DNA of 64,000 nt from Diadema antillarum (lineage: Eukaryota), in NCBI RefSeq assembly GCF_040938485.1, contig NW_027270987.1:1302001-1366000 (forward strand), in the 5' to 3' direction. The translations under genes and the position numbers were made by a program. Shown here piece by piece: positions 13,544 through 24,624 of this stretch; position 1 is the first letter of the stretch; the number at the start of each line of letters is the position of its first letter. Below the pieces are notes generated by a model. It was given only the letters and a program-made list of their open reading frames with translations. It made no database searches and was not told the DNA's origin.

Positions 13544-14155
13544 AGAGGGTCCAAAAATAAGTTAGTCTGAAAAAAAAAGAGTAAAATTATATTAGTTCAA
13601 CGGAAAAATTTGACTGAAATCAGATGAAAAATAAGGAAGTCATGACATTTTGAAGTTTTGCTGATTTTTTTGCGAAATAGTTCTTGTACAGTGGATATGA
13701 TATGCATTTCAGTGAGCTAACATGTCATACCCTCACAATTTTCCATTGATCGTGAACAAAAAAAAAAAAAAAAAAAAATGACGGAAATTCAATGTTTCTG
13801 TCATTGAAGTCTGAAGCATGACGTTATTCCTGGTTGAATAACTTCAGAATAGTGATCATAGGAGGATTTGGGCCTCGGGCAAAATTGCATTTGAATGAAA
13901 AACTGGAAATTTCAAAATTTTATGTACAAACTATAACATGCCTATATGGTAAGTTGTGAGGGAATGACATGCTCACTTTGTCATTTGCATATTCATATTG
14001 ACTGTTCAAGAACGGTTTCCCCCAAAATAGCGAAACTTCAAAAAAACTTCCTTATTTTTCATCCGATTTCGATCAAATTTATACAGTTGAACTCGTAATA
14101 TTTTACTCGACTCTTTCTTTCCACACTAACTTACATTTGGATTAAATTTTCCCCT
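13544..14155. mobile_element. Non-autonomous Kolobok-type MITE (imperfect TIR)
   Basis: TTAA at 13540-13543 and 14156-14159 around AGAGGG.../...CCCCT ends; AT-rich non-coding body. Confidence 0.6.
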
Positions 14156-14353
14156 TTAAAAGGTCAAAATTTTCAAGTTAGACGACGACTTTTGACTCGT
14201 CACTGTTTCAATACAGCGTTGCCTTTTGAGAGAAAATGTCACATAGCTGTTATAAGCACAGACAGCCACTGATAGTTATTATTGACTTACGTAAATTATG
14301 TGAATAATACTTATGTTCTATATGCAACACAGGGAGACAATAAGTTATGCCTG

Positions 14354-14767
14354 ATGCCCCAGTCACATATAAACACGGATGCTCAAGGATTTACACGGTG
14401 ATCCGGGGAGATCCGGGGACGTCCGGGGAGATCCGGGATTTTGGTATGACTGTACACACGGTATCAACACGGCAGCTACATACACGGATAAGGCCGGAAG
14501 AGCGCGGCGTCTACACGGACAAACACGGCATCTACACGGATCAACACGGTAGCTACACGGATCAACACGGCAGCTACACGGCAGCCACACGGCAACCACA
14601 CGGACCACCCCGGATTGCTCTGCCAACACGGCAATCCCCGGATGACGCCGGATGTTTTTGACCTCCAAAAGTTGCCGTGTTGGCCTCCCGGCGTCAACAC
14701 GGATCTCTCCCCGGATCAGATCTGGGGTGGTCCGGGGTGATCGTGGATGTCTATGTCACTGGGGCAT
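14354..14767. mobile_element. MITE with internal ACACGG repeats (PIF/Harbinger-like ends)
   Basis: 16-bp TIR ATGCCCCAGTCACATA / TATGTCACTGGGGCAT (1 mismatch); many ACACGG and ATCCGGGG repeats inside; no clean TSD. Confidence 0.8.
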
Positions 14768-15214
14768 GATATCTGTATAATATACAGAGGAAATAAATAC
14801 AGAGCAAGCTGTTAATGATTTTCTTTATACTAAACGAATTAGGATAATGCCACTTGAGGGTTCCATGACATGAATAATGCTCCATCGACATATTACTCAG
14901 TATGCTCCGCCGACATTGTACTTGTTCCAAAAATTGCAAAGAATGCTCTGCGACATATGCTACGAGACAATCGCTTCGTCCGCATTTGCTTCGCCGACAA
15001 TTGCTCCGCAGACAATATTGCTCTGCCGATATTTGCCGGCAATTAGACCCCGTTTACAGGGCGAGGCTCGGCCGCGCCCGCCTTCACTTCAGTGTAAACG
15101 CGCAAAAGGCCAAAATGCGGGGCCAAAATTGGCCGCGCATTTGGCCACGCTCTGGAGGTGGTCTCGACCTTTTCTCAGTGTAAACGCAAACTGGGCCAAA
15201 TGCGCGGCCAATTT

Positions 15215-15409
15215 TAGTCTGGCTTCCAAACCCTCTGCCCCGTACTCTTTCGTTATTCAGGATATTAACCCCTTCAACGTCGAAAACTAGTATAGTTTAA
15301 GATGGTTTTGTCCTGCAAAGGATTTTTCCTTCGGCAAAGGCCTTTGCCCGAACGGCGACGAAGTCGCCACGGAATCCAGTTGTGGTCAAAGGGTCTGAAA
15401 ACCAGACTA
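15215..15409. mobile_element. MITE with TAG...CTA ends (Academ/MULE-like)
   Basis: TIR TAGTCTGGCTTCCAAACCCT vs reverse complement TAGTCTGGTTTTCAGACCCT; flanking 9-mers ggccaattt/taccaaatt match 6/9. Confidence 0.65.
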
Positions 15410-15475
15410 TACCAAATTGCGTTTTTGTTGACAAGCAGAGCGCACTATGACAAAATATTGAAAGGTTTGAATTAA

Positions 15476-18400
15476 GGTGTCACCATGCAGTTTACAGCAA
15501 AATAATCATTTTTGTGCATTTTCTTCTATTTGGTGTATTTTAGCTTGTTGAAGTTGTTTTATATTTATCATGTGTACAATGACAAATGTATTAGTGAGCA
15601 TGAAATCCGACACCCAATATTCCTCATTACCATATAAAGGAATACATAAGAAATACTTTATTAAAGCCTCTCTCATCAACCACTCATCCAATCATGTTAC
15701 AATTTGGTGTCAAGATAGCTCATGTATATTAGACATGATTGAATGTTTTGGTTTTTGTGTTTTTAATTTCTTTTTTTTTGTATGATTTTTTTTTAAACCA
15801 ATCACATTCAAGCTCACCTAATTATGTATTCATTTGTTAATTAAGAAGAAATTACACAACCAGGAGATATAATTTTTCATTCAAACAACAGCTTACACAT
15901 CAACAAAACATCACTGCAAGTTTGGGCTTAATCTATGCTTTCATTCTCACAAAATCTTTCACTGAAATATATCACCTCACATGAAATCACACTTCTGTTA
16001 AAACAAAGGAAATAAAAAGCTGTGCAATTCGCATTACCTCATCAATGCACACACACACATGCCAACACCTGGATAATGCAAAAAAGGGGGCATAAATGCA
16101 TTTTCTGCTTGTGATACATATATTTACAGATAATATCAAATATTTACAATGTCACATATAAAATTGGAATTGGAAATTAATTCATTAATATATAATTAAA
16201 CATTAAAAACTACAATAAGGGTTGAAGGACCCAGCCACCAGCATTGTCTGCGTGAGTAGCTGGGCCTTCCTGCTACAGTATGTATAACTACATAGCTGCT
16301 GGGGTCGTGGGGATGTGGCAGTGTTATGCTGGTCCCTGAAAGACAAGGGTAGTGTTAAGTAATGAAAGACAAAGGGATGAATTAATTAAACAATATAATT
16401 AAAATAATAGAACTTTCTATAAATCAATATATACATATACACGCAGGAAAATAAACAATTTTTTTTTTTTTTTTGCATGGCAACTGCAAATACGAATCAA
16501 TCTTGTCTTAGATTAAAGACAAGTTGACAACTTTTCAATAATCTAACATTGTTCATAAACATCCTTCATAAAATACAAGTATAATTATATCAAAATGTAT
16601 AAATAATGAATTAAAGCGCGCATTGAGATGTCCATATCAGTGCAGGCAAAATATTGACCTGCAATCAATGTGCATACTGAATTGGACTCTCTATGAGAAG
16701 GCACCCATCGAATACACCCCACCCTCCCTCTCTTCATCCTCCTCATCCCTAGCCTTCCTAGCCTTCCTAAGTGCTTCCCTCCTTTTCTTTTCCTCTTCCC
16801 TAGCCCGTTTTTTAGCCCTTTTTTTCCTAAGATTATCCCTTCTTTGCGAAACTTCTGTGGCATGAGCTCCCAAACTGAGATTGAGTCTGTGGAAGACTCT
16901 CTCACGACTGGTTTGCGCGCCACAGTTGAACGCAAGGACTGCAAGATCTACTGCAGTGCGAACAACACGTGGGCCTCGCCATAGGTGTTTTGGACACCGT
17001 TTCCAGATGAGAGAATGGAAGCTCTCATTCTGGTTCTGGGTCATGCCTGGGAGGCATCTCTCGAGGAGATCGGGCTTACTCAATCGTGAGAATGTTGGCA
17101 GGAGAAGGTCCAGAAACACGGGGTCTAAGTGATTCTCATTGTCCTTCTCTTTGCCTGTTTTCTTGTACTCACACCATGTGTTCTCGCCATCGGGACAATA
17201 TTGATGACGTACATCAGGATCAGGCAGTTTGACTGAATGATACAAGATGGCCAATATTGCCCTTCGCATCTTCTCTACTGCCCTATCCCTAGCCTCCTCA
17301 CTATCTAAAGCCCCCTTGTCTGCATGTTTACGTATTGTACTTCTATATAATTTACATAGCCTACCAATTGATCCCGTGTCTGATGTCCCCCTTAGCCTAC
17401 CCTTTGCACGCCCTACCCCCTTCCCATCTGCTAATTTGCCTTTATTTTGTTTCCTTACAGTGTCCAGTGCCTTGTACATTCTCTTACCTACATGCCCTAC
17501 ACAGTCTACCTTACGAACCTCATGACCCTCCCCATAAACATCCCTAACAGCATTGAATGAACTACTATCCCCATCACACAACATATACCTATACCTTATC
17601 TTATGCTTACTAACTGACCTTTTCCACATTGTTACTGCCGCATCTACTTCCATTTTACCACTACTCCCCTTATGATTACGGAAACACCTATCCTCATGCC
17701 CAGCCCACCATGTTTTGTATTTATCTTTCGTCTTATCCCACCCCTTCCTAACTTCACACTCCTTACAAACCTTTGACAAAACTTCCCTATCTATTACCTC
17801 CCCAGTATCTAGTGAAATTACCGCCCCCACCCCGTGATTCGATACGTGCCCCCTCCTGTGCCACGTTCCATCATACGACACTGCCACATCCACCACATCA
17901 TCGGCTGTCAGCCCGGGGTTGCCCTCCCTAGCCTTCTCCCTCAGGCGCTCAGCAGCCTCGGACATTTGGTCCTCGCAGGTCTGTGATAGGGAAAATGAAA
18001 ACAGTAAAAATACAATTTATCATACAGATAGATGTTTTCACATGTCAAGAGAAAAATGTGACAAATAATTAAAAAATGAGAAAAATACAACTTATTCCTT
18101 TCAGTAAATAAGTCAACTAATCAATACTAATAATTTGAGTTTAACTATTTCAAAGTTAACTTGTGTACATGTTATCAATTTTAATATCAAATTACTGCCA
18201 AAATTATAATTCACAACACTTCAAACAAACCTCATGTATGGATGTTGACAGAGAGGTCACATGTCGCGTGTAGCTCCTGCAGGTGACAGGCGGTGGTGTG
18301 CCCAGCAGAGCCGTCATGTCCTCCAGGCCAGCCCTTGCCAGTCCCACTTCCATGCCAGCCAGCGTTGCCCTCTTGTTGATTTCAGCTGACTTTCCTGCTC

Positions 18401-19785
18401 CCTCACATGCATTGGGTGAAGAGCAGAATTGGTGCTCTTCACCACAAACAGAGCATTGTAAGATGAGGGAGCAGTTCAGGCCATCACGCTGGCTGGCATC
18501 CTCGAGCGGAATGAGGTGTCCTGAAAATAAGAGAATATTTTGTTACCCTCTATACAATACAAATGATGGCTGATCAATTTATGCAAGGGAACACTGAACT
18601 ATGTGACAGAATTATCAGTTGTTCCTTCTATTGACCAGTAAATAACATTCATAATCTTTTTTCTAATACACTAACTTAGAATTTATAATGTACGCTACCT
18701 ATAATATAGTGGTACACCAACATGTCAACTCACGACATGTTTCGTGGTCACACAATCCAACTTCAGTCTTCACCATATTCATCTGTGTAATGCTACTTGA
18801 CACTAGGACACTCACAGGTGGAATTCAACACTATAACACTCTCATTCTAAGTCAAAAACACTCATAATTATTACCTGCCTCCTATTTCTTGTATGCTTTC
18901 AAATTCAAGATGAACTTACTTACAGTTAGAATCTAGAGCCTTCTCTACATCTGTCACATATCGCTTTCCAATAGAGAAGCCAGTCTAAATAAAGCAACCA
19001 TTCATCTCAATCTAATGTAAATATAAATAAGAATATACATCATTACTTGTATAAAAGTGTCATTTCACAAAGATCTCACCTCCATTGCAAACATGTGCTG
19101 CCTGAAGAGCATCCTTCAGCTGCTGGCCACTGATGAGGTAAAACCCCTCCAATTCCCGACGCGAATTGCTATGGGTGGGACTAGGGGCACTTGTACGTGG
19201 CAGTGCTGACTTGTTAGCCTCCAGTTTTCTTTCGGAGGCTGTTGGTGCTCCTTCTTCTTTCTCCTCCTCAAGCTTCCTTTTTTTTACTTCATAGGAGGGC
19301 ACTCCATGGAAACCTTTGCGTTTTTTGACATATCCTTGCCGTTTTCGCGTCATTTTGCTACAGAAAGTGAGTGTACTGGTGCTACTGTTCACACAGGCTG
19401 AGCAGGGCTAGAACCATGTGTGACCTCTCTACTGTGTCAGGGTCTGACACTAGAGGGCAGCATGCCACATTTAAGATCATGGGCTCATTTTGCTGAGCTC
19501 ACTGTGCCCTTCAAAATGATGCCTCATTTCATTATTTTTTTTCAAAAAATGGTGATTTTTTGGTATGTTGAAAAATGATAAATTATTTGCTGGAAAATAG
19601 CATGCAAGGTCATTAAATACCTATGTAATTATGCAATTTGAACTTGATTTTGAGGCATTTATTGTTGAGATACAACCATACAATTACAGATATTCATTTT
19701 TTAAATATCCATGAATCAACTGGACTTAAAATAAAAAAATCAAAATTTTTCAAGTATTTTGACCATTTATTGTGCATTTCCCCCC
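15476..19785 (-). mobile_element. Kolobok-type DNA transposon, apparently full length (4310 bp)
   Basis: TTAA at 15472-15475 and 19786-19789; GG...CC ends with short imperfect TIR (GGTGTCACCATGCA vs GGGGGGAAATGCA); encodes a DDE transposase. Confidence 0.75.
16691..19353 (-). CDS. DDE transposase, 3 exons, 617 aa (Kolobok-type; family often labelled Mutator-like transposase)
   Basis: Exons 19353-19080, 18520-18231, 17980-16691 join in frame through GT-AG (1854 nt, no internal stop). Motifs: CSVC zinc finger, YDGTWHRRG (D), CDGDSS (D), DCVGH (C2H), TQNQNESFH (E), basic C-terminal tail. Confidence 0.9.
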
Positions 19786-20093
19786 TTAAAAGCGCGGCCG
19801 AGCCCGGCAGTGTAAACGGACAAAATTGCGGGGTCTCATTCCAGTACATTGTAATTGCTCTGAATATATACGACATTATTTTCCTTGACATCATTCCTTC
19901 TGCCTTAAGATATAATTATTATTACGAATGATTGTGCCATGAACTATACGTAAGGGGCCGGAAAGGGGAGCACATGCCGGCGGAGCAATTATTGGCAGAG
20001 GAAAATTATTACAGAGTACAAGCATTTGTGGCAACTCTCGGAGCAATATTGTCGGGGAGCATTTTCTCGTCACCCCTCGTTATTTCCGTCTAT

Positions 20094-20123
20094 CCAGGGA
20101 GGTGGAAGAGAGCACCTCCCTGG
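20094..20123. mobile_element. 30-bp hairpin micro-element with 5-bp TSD
   Basis: tctat-CCAGGGAGGTG-gaagagag-CACCTCCCTGG-tctat. Confidence 0.75.
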
Positions 20124-20202
20124 TCTATCGTATCGCCTCGCACACCATTATCACTGTCAGATGATTTCCAATTAATACCAGTAAATGAGCTCTCGAAACC
20201 TG

Positions 20203-20241
<39 letters not shown>

Positions 20242-20718
20242 CGTGTTAGAGGGGAGTGGGGTATGGACAGTTTATATATATATATACGCTGCAAACAGAT
20301 ACATATAAAACGATTGTTGCATATACGTATTTTGTTTTCCTGGAAAAATCAGATATAAGAGACCAGGGTTATGGGTAGGGTGATAGTAATATAAATAGAA
20401 GGATTCCGTTGGATCTAACACGAGTCAGGTTACCTTGGTCAAATCTGAAAAAAAAAAAAAAAAAAAACTCGGAAGGTAAGTGCAAGTTTGATAACAAGAT
20501 ATAATACATGTATTTTGTAAATTGCTCGGCTCCGAAGTCCTATTGCCAACTGATTAAATGTCCAGATAAACATTTCTGGCTTACAAATACCATCTCTTTC
20601 TCACTTTTACTGACAGACTTACAAAAATATAAAATCTTATGCACACTTTACTTCAGTCTTAACACAATTTCCATATACCAACCTTGAAGGCGCTACAGGG
20701 ATCCATTGCTTAATTAAA

Positions 20719-20747
20719 GCAGGGAGGTGAGATTAAAACCTCCCTGC
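20719..20747. mobile_element. 29-bp hairpin micro-element with 5-bp TSD
   Basis: ttaaa-GCAGGGAGGT-gagattaaa-ACCTCCCTGC-ttaaa. Confidence 0.75.
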
Positions 20748-22804
20748 TTAAAGCGACCATGCACATGAAAAACACAAACACACACGCACACACCCAACAA
20801 ACACTAACACACAACAACTACATATACATGCCTATAGATGATGGTGTGTGTGCTGTTGTGTTTGTTTCTCTACCATTATGCATGAATCTACACGGAAGAT
20901 TTCATGCTGATTTCATGCTGATGTATTAAAGTGCTTCCGCTTACACATCATGACCATGAAATTCAAAGGAAAGTAGTCATATATTTCTCAGATGGAAAGG
21001 GGCGAAATGTTTATTGGCTCGGAGAAGCTTTGTTCGCTACTCTGCACTTATTGCATATACTGTCGTCTAAGCGATTTATACAATACACTGTATACAAATT
21101 ATTGTATAAAGATTATTCTTATGTGGACATACTTTTTTTCAGCTCTCGAAAACACTTGCGTCCCTTTCGTTATATGCAGCTTCGATACGAAGTTTCTTAC
21201 AGTATACAACTTAGCATGGCAAGGGTCATATACCAAGGATTTTATGACAAATATACCAGTCAAGATGATGATACACTGTATAAAGAACTACTGTATTCAG
21301 AAAGTTTGCATGCAAAACCAAGTACGATGAAAATAAAAAGATCATCATTTTATATAATGACGAAAATAAACATATTATGTTTCAATGAATCTATGTGTTG
21401 AAAAGGATTTAGTAGTCCCATATACATTTCAAACTTATTGCGCAATAATGATGATTACCAAGGAAATCATGGCATATCATGTGTTCAGAGGGAGAACGGT
21501 TAACGGAGACGTTTTTGATCAAAATCTGCTTTTATGTCCATGTCAGGTCCATGTGAAATCCGTATCACATTATTTTGTTATGTCTTCATTGTGTCAGTTA
21601 CTCTAGCAACGTTAGAACAAATCAGTGATGACGATGATTTCACGCAAAATGACCAAAATACCAGGTTCTTAATTCATATAGTTTCAAAATGATCACTAAA
21701 ATAAAAGTATTCATCTATTAAAAACAACTGTGCGGGGTTTTGCGTCACTCTTTTGGAAGATTCGGTCAAAATCCTTCATTTTTTTTCACTCTGTCGTATC
21801 TCAAAAAAAAAAAAAAAAATCGGGTACCCATTTTGCCATTTTATTCCTATACATGCATACCCGACTTAAAAACGTTTAAAGCAAACACGATCAAATGTAT
21901 CACAGACCACGAATATTTAGCGTTCCATGTCGAACAAAGCTCATTTTAGCATATACTGTATGATCCCTGCTTATCTGAATCTAACTGGTCAACGCGTAAA
22001 AGGAGAAGAAAATAAGAATGCTCGGTTTCAATTGATACGATTCAATGCTAAGTTTCAAGTGTGATGTGTTCTCGCTTACAAACTTTTGGAGGAATTTAGA
22101 CCAAAATTCCCTCAGCCAATGTTTACATGCAAACTTGCTCTTTGATTGTTGAATTAATTCAATTCACATCGAAATAATGGGAACTCCTTCACGACACGCT
22201 TTAAAAGTGCAATATTCTTCAAGATTCAATTAGTAAACCTTACCATGCATGACTGATAACGATATAAAAAATATATAATGTAATCATCATTGTCTCGTTC
22301 ACATCATATATTCAGAGTAATTATATAACAACAAAGCATATGATCTATTTTCCATGATATACAATTATAATACAATTTAGTATACTCTTTTTCTCAAACA
22401 CTTGTATATGTGTTTAACTTACATCTTTGAGTAAGTTAAGTTTATAATCATAATCCTTAATACAGTATTTTTTTTTTTCTAATCAAGTTCTCTACATAAA
22501 TTGTTCCCCCATGTGGAACGTTAATTAAGTCTGGTCTTAGGTATATGTACATAATGCTAAACAAGTGATTTCACCTTCGAAAAACACATTGGGAAAAATC
22601 TGACGCCTGTTTCATAAAGAGGTATACAGAATTGTAAGTTGCGGTGAAAATAACTGATGTTGCCATGACAACAGTCGGAAATCAACCAATCAGCTGTAGG
22701 CAGTGACGTCATTACCGTGGCAAACCGGCATCAATGCAATTCACAGAGTACTGCAGTCATTCTCAATGAAAACGGGCCCCAGTGAGAGGAGGGGACCCGC
22801 GTGC

Positions 22805-24575
22805 TCACACACCGCCGAAGCAGGCATACTTGATCTCCATGTATTCGTCGATGCCGTACTTGGATCCCTCGCGCCCCATTCCCGACTCCTTGATCCCGCC
22901 AAAGGCCGACACGTCGGAGGAGATGAGGCCCTCGTTGATCCCGACCATGCCAACTTCCATCCGCTCGGCGACCCGCCAGATTTGGCCGATGTCGTTGGAG
23001 TAGAAGTAGCCCGCCAGTCCGACGCGCGCGCTGTTCGCGATTGTCAGCGCCTCCTCTTCCGTCCGGAATCTTGGGGAAAAAACAACAACAAAACTAAACA
23101 TGAAACAAATAACAACGTGATAAAAGGGTAGAAGTTTAAAGGGTACCGAACAGACAGATTCCCCTTCCTGTTGACATTGCCTTTGACTGAGTTAAAGGTG
23201 AAAACACCTTGAAAATTAATTTGTGTATGTATAAGAAGCAGAAAAAAAACCCCTGAAGAAATACAGTGCTACGTTTGAGGACATTCGGATCAAACCTGAG
23301 AAAATTATGATTTTTTTTTTTGTCGTTGTTGTTACGACAAATCAAAAATAAACTGCAATTCTGTGATGTCACACGCATGCTCACGCCATTGGCGCTGCAT
23401 TACAAAATGATAAAAAAAAAGAATTTCCCTGAAGCAAATCCCCATCATACAGGCACCCTTGAAACAAATACTATATTACATATGACATAATAATTCGGTA
23501 CAGTGCTAATGCATCCAACTTGGCACCTTCACACCCTCAAGTTGAAAAAACACATTGCCAACAAACCTAACACATGAACTTGATTTCTCATCAGTTAATA
23601 GTTGAATTAATTCATATATCTAAATTACTAATTTGAATAAAGCCACAACCAGTAATGCTACTCTCGCTCTTAGATCTTATGAAGAATTGGCCTTGGGTGC
23701 ACCACTTCCGGATCAAACTAGCCTTACAAACTAGTCTGGATTCCAGACCGTCGGGTTGTACTAATTTCCTTCCCAGAATATTAACGCCCTCTAACGATAA
23801 AAGAAATGGCAGGTTCAGCTGGATGGTTCTGTAGACAGTCTTCGGCAAAGGCAGCTGCGAGTAGAGCGCATTTGTGAAAGGAGTACAGTTGGCAAAGGGT
23901 CTGGTAACCGCCTGAATAATGTGATAAACAAATGATACTACAGGCAAAACTTGGGTGAAAGATCCAAAATGACCCAAATAAAAGGATAATTTCTGGAAAA
24001 TATTGTTTTTATCAATTACCTCTAGTACATCTAGATGTTTGATGACTGTCACATGAAAAAAAAAAGACCATTTCACAACCATTCACAACCCTTCATAATT
24101 TGGTCTTTCAGTAAACGATAGCCACGAAAACCCTATCTCACTCACTTATTCATTTGTTAACTGAAATGAAATGAACAGAAAAACATGCAAAATCTGACTG
24201 ACAAGATTGTTAGCTTAGGTTTGACATGGCAACCAGCAATATCAGTCATACCTAAGTTATTAAGTATTCGCAACAAAATTTTAGGAAAAGTCACCGAATT
24301 AGGTTTAAATTGATTCAAAGGCGCAAGAGTGGCAAATGGAGATAGGGGAAACAATGTGCCCCTGGGATTTATAGGGTTACAGGTCAAAAGCAAATTAAAG
24401 TTATTAAACGTTATTAAGCAGAGTGGTTTCTTTGACATTACATAACACACTTCCTAACCAGAACGGATTTAAGCAAGATTGTTGACTCAAATAGAAGTTA
24501 GTGAGATCATCCCCACTCCCATAAAAAAACGACAAAGAAACAATCAAACGAAATAAAACACTCCCCTCCCCTCCA

Positions 24576-24624
<49 letters not shown>

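Larger units (their letters stand above)
15044..19836. mobile_element. Harbinger-like MITE interrupted by two insertions
   Basis: Left gaccccgtttacagggcgaggctcggccgcgc; right gcgcggccgagcccggcagtgtaaacgg...cggggtc is its inverted counterpart. Confidence 0.6.
14865..20076. mobile_element. Outer foldback-type non-autonomous element split by later insertions
   Basis: Motif ccgacaatattgctccg repeated at ~14880-15030 and inverted (cggagcaatattgtcgg) at ~19975-20060; ends approximate. Confidence 0.55.

Noticed and set aside
14460-14610. Regularly spaced ACACGG repeats that superficially resemble a CRISPR-like array
   Set aside because: Repeats are 6-9 bp with near-identical short spacers inside a TIR-bounded MITE in eukaryotic DNA; no cas genes.
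14347-15290. Several 74-137-aa ORFs
   Set aside because: They derive from GC-rich MITE repeats that happen to lack stop codons.
20931-21401. 156-aa plus-strand ORF with two acceptor-like sites
   Set aside because: No recognisable motif, AT-rich composition, and no coherent exon chain could be built.
23140-23915. Possible TTAA-AGGGTACC element start at 23140 and a TAGTCTGG-ended MITE at 23732
   Set aside because: No convincing matching right end or TSD.
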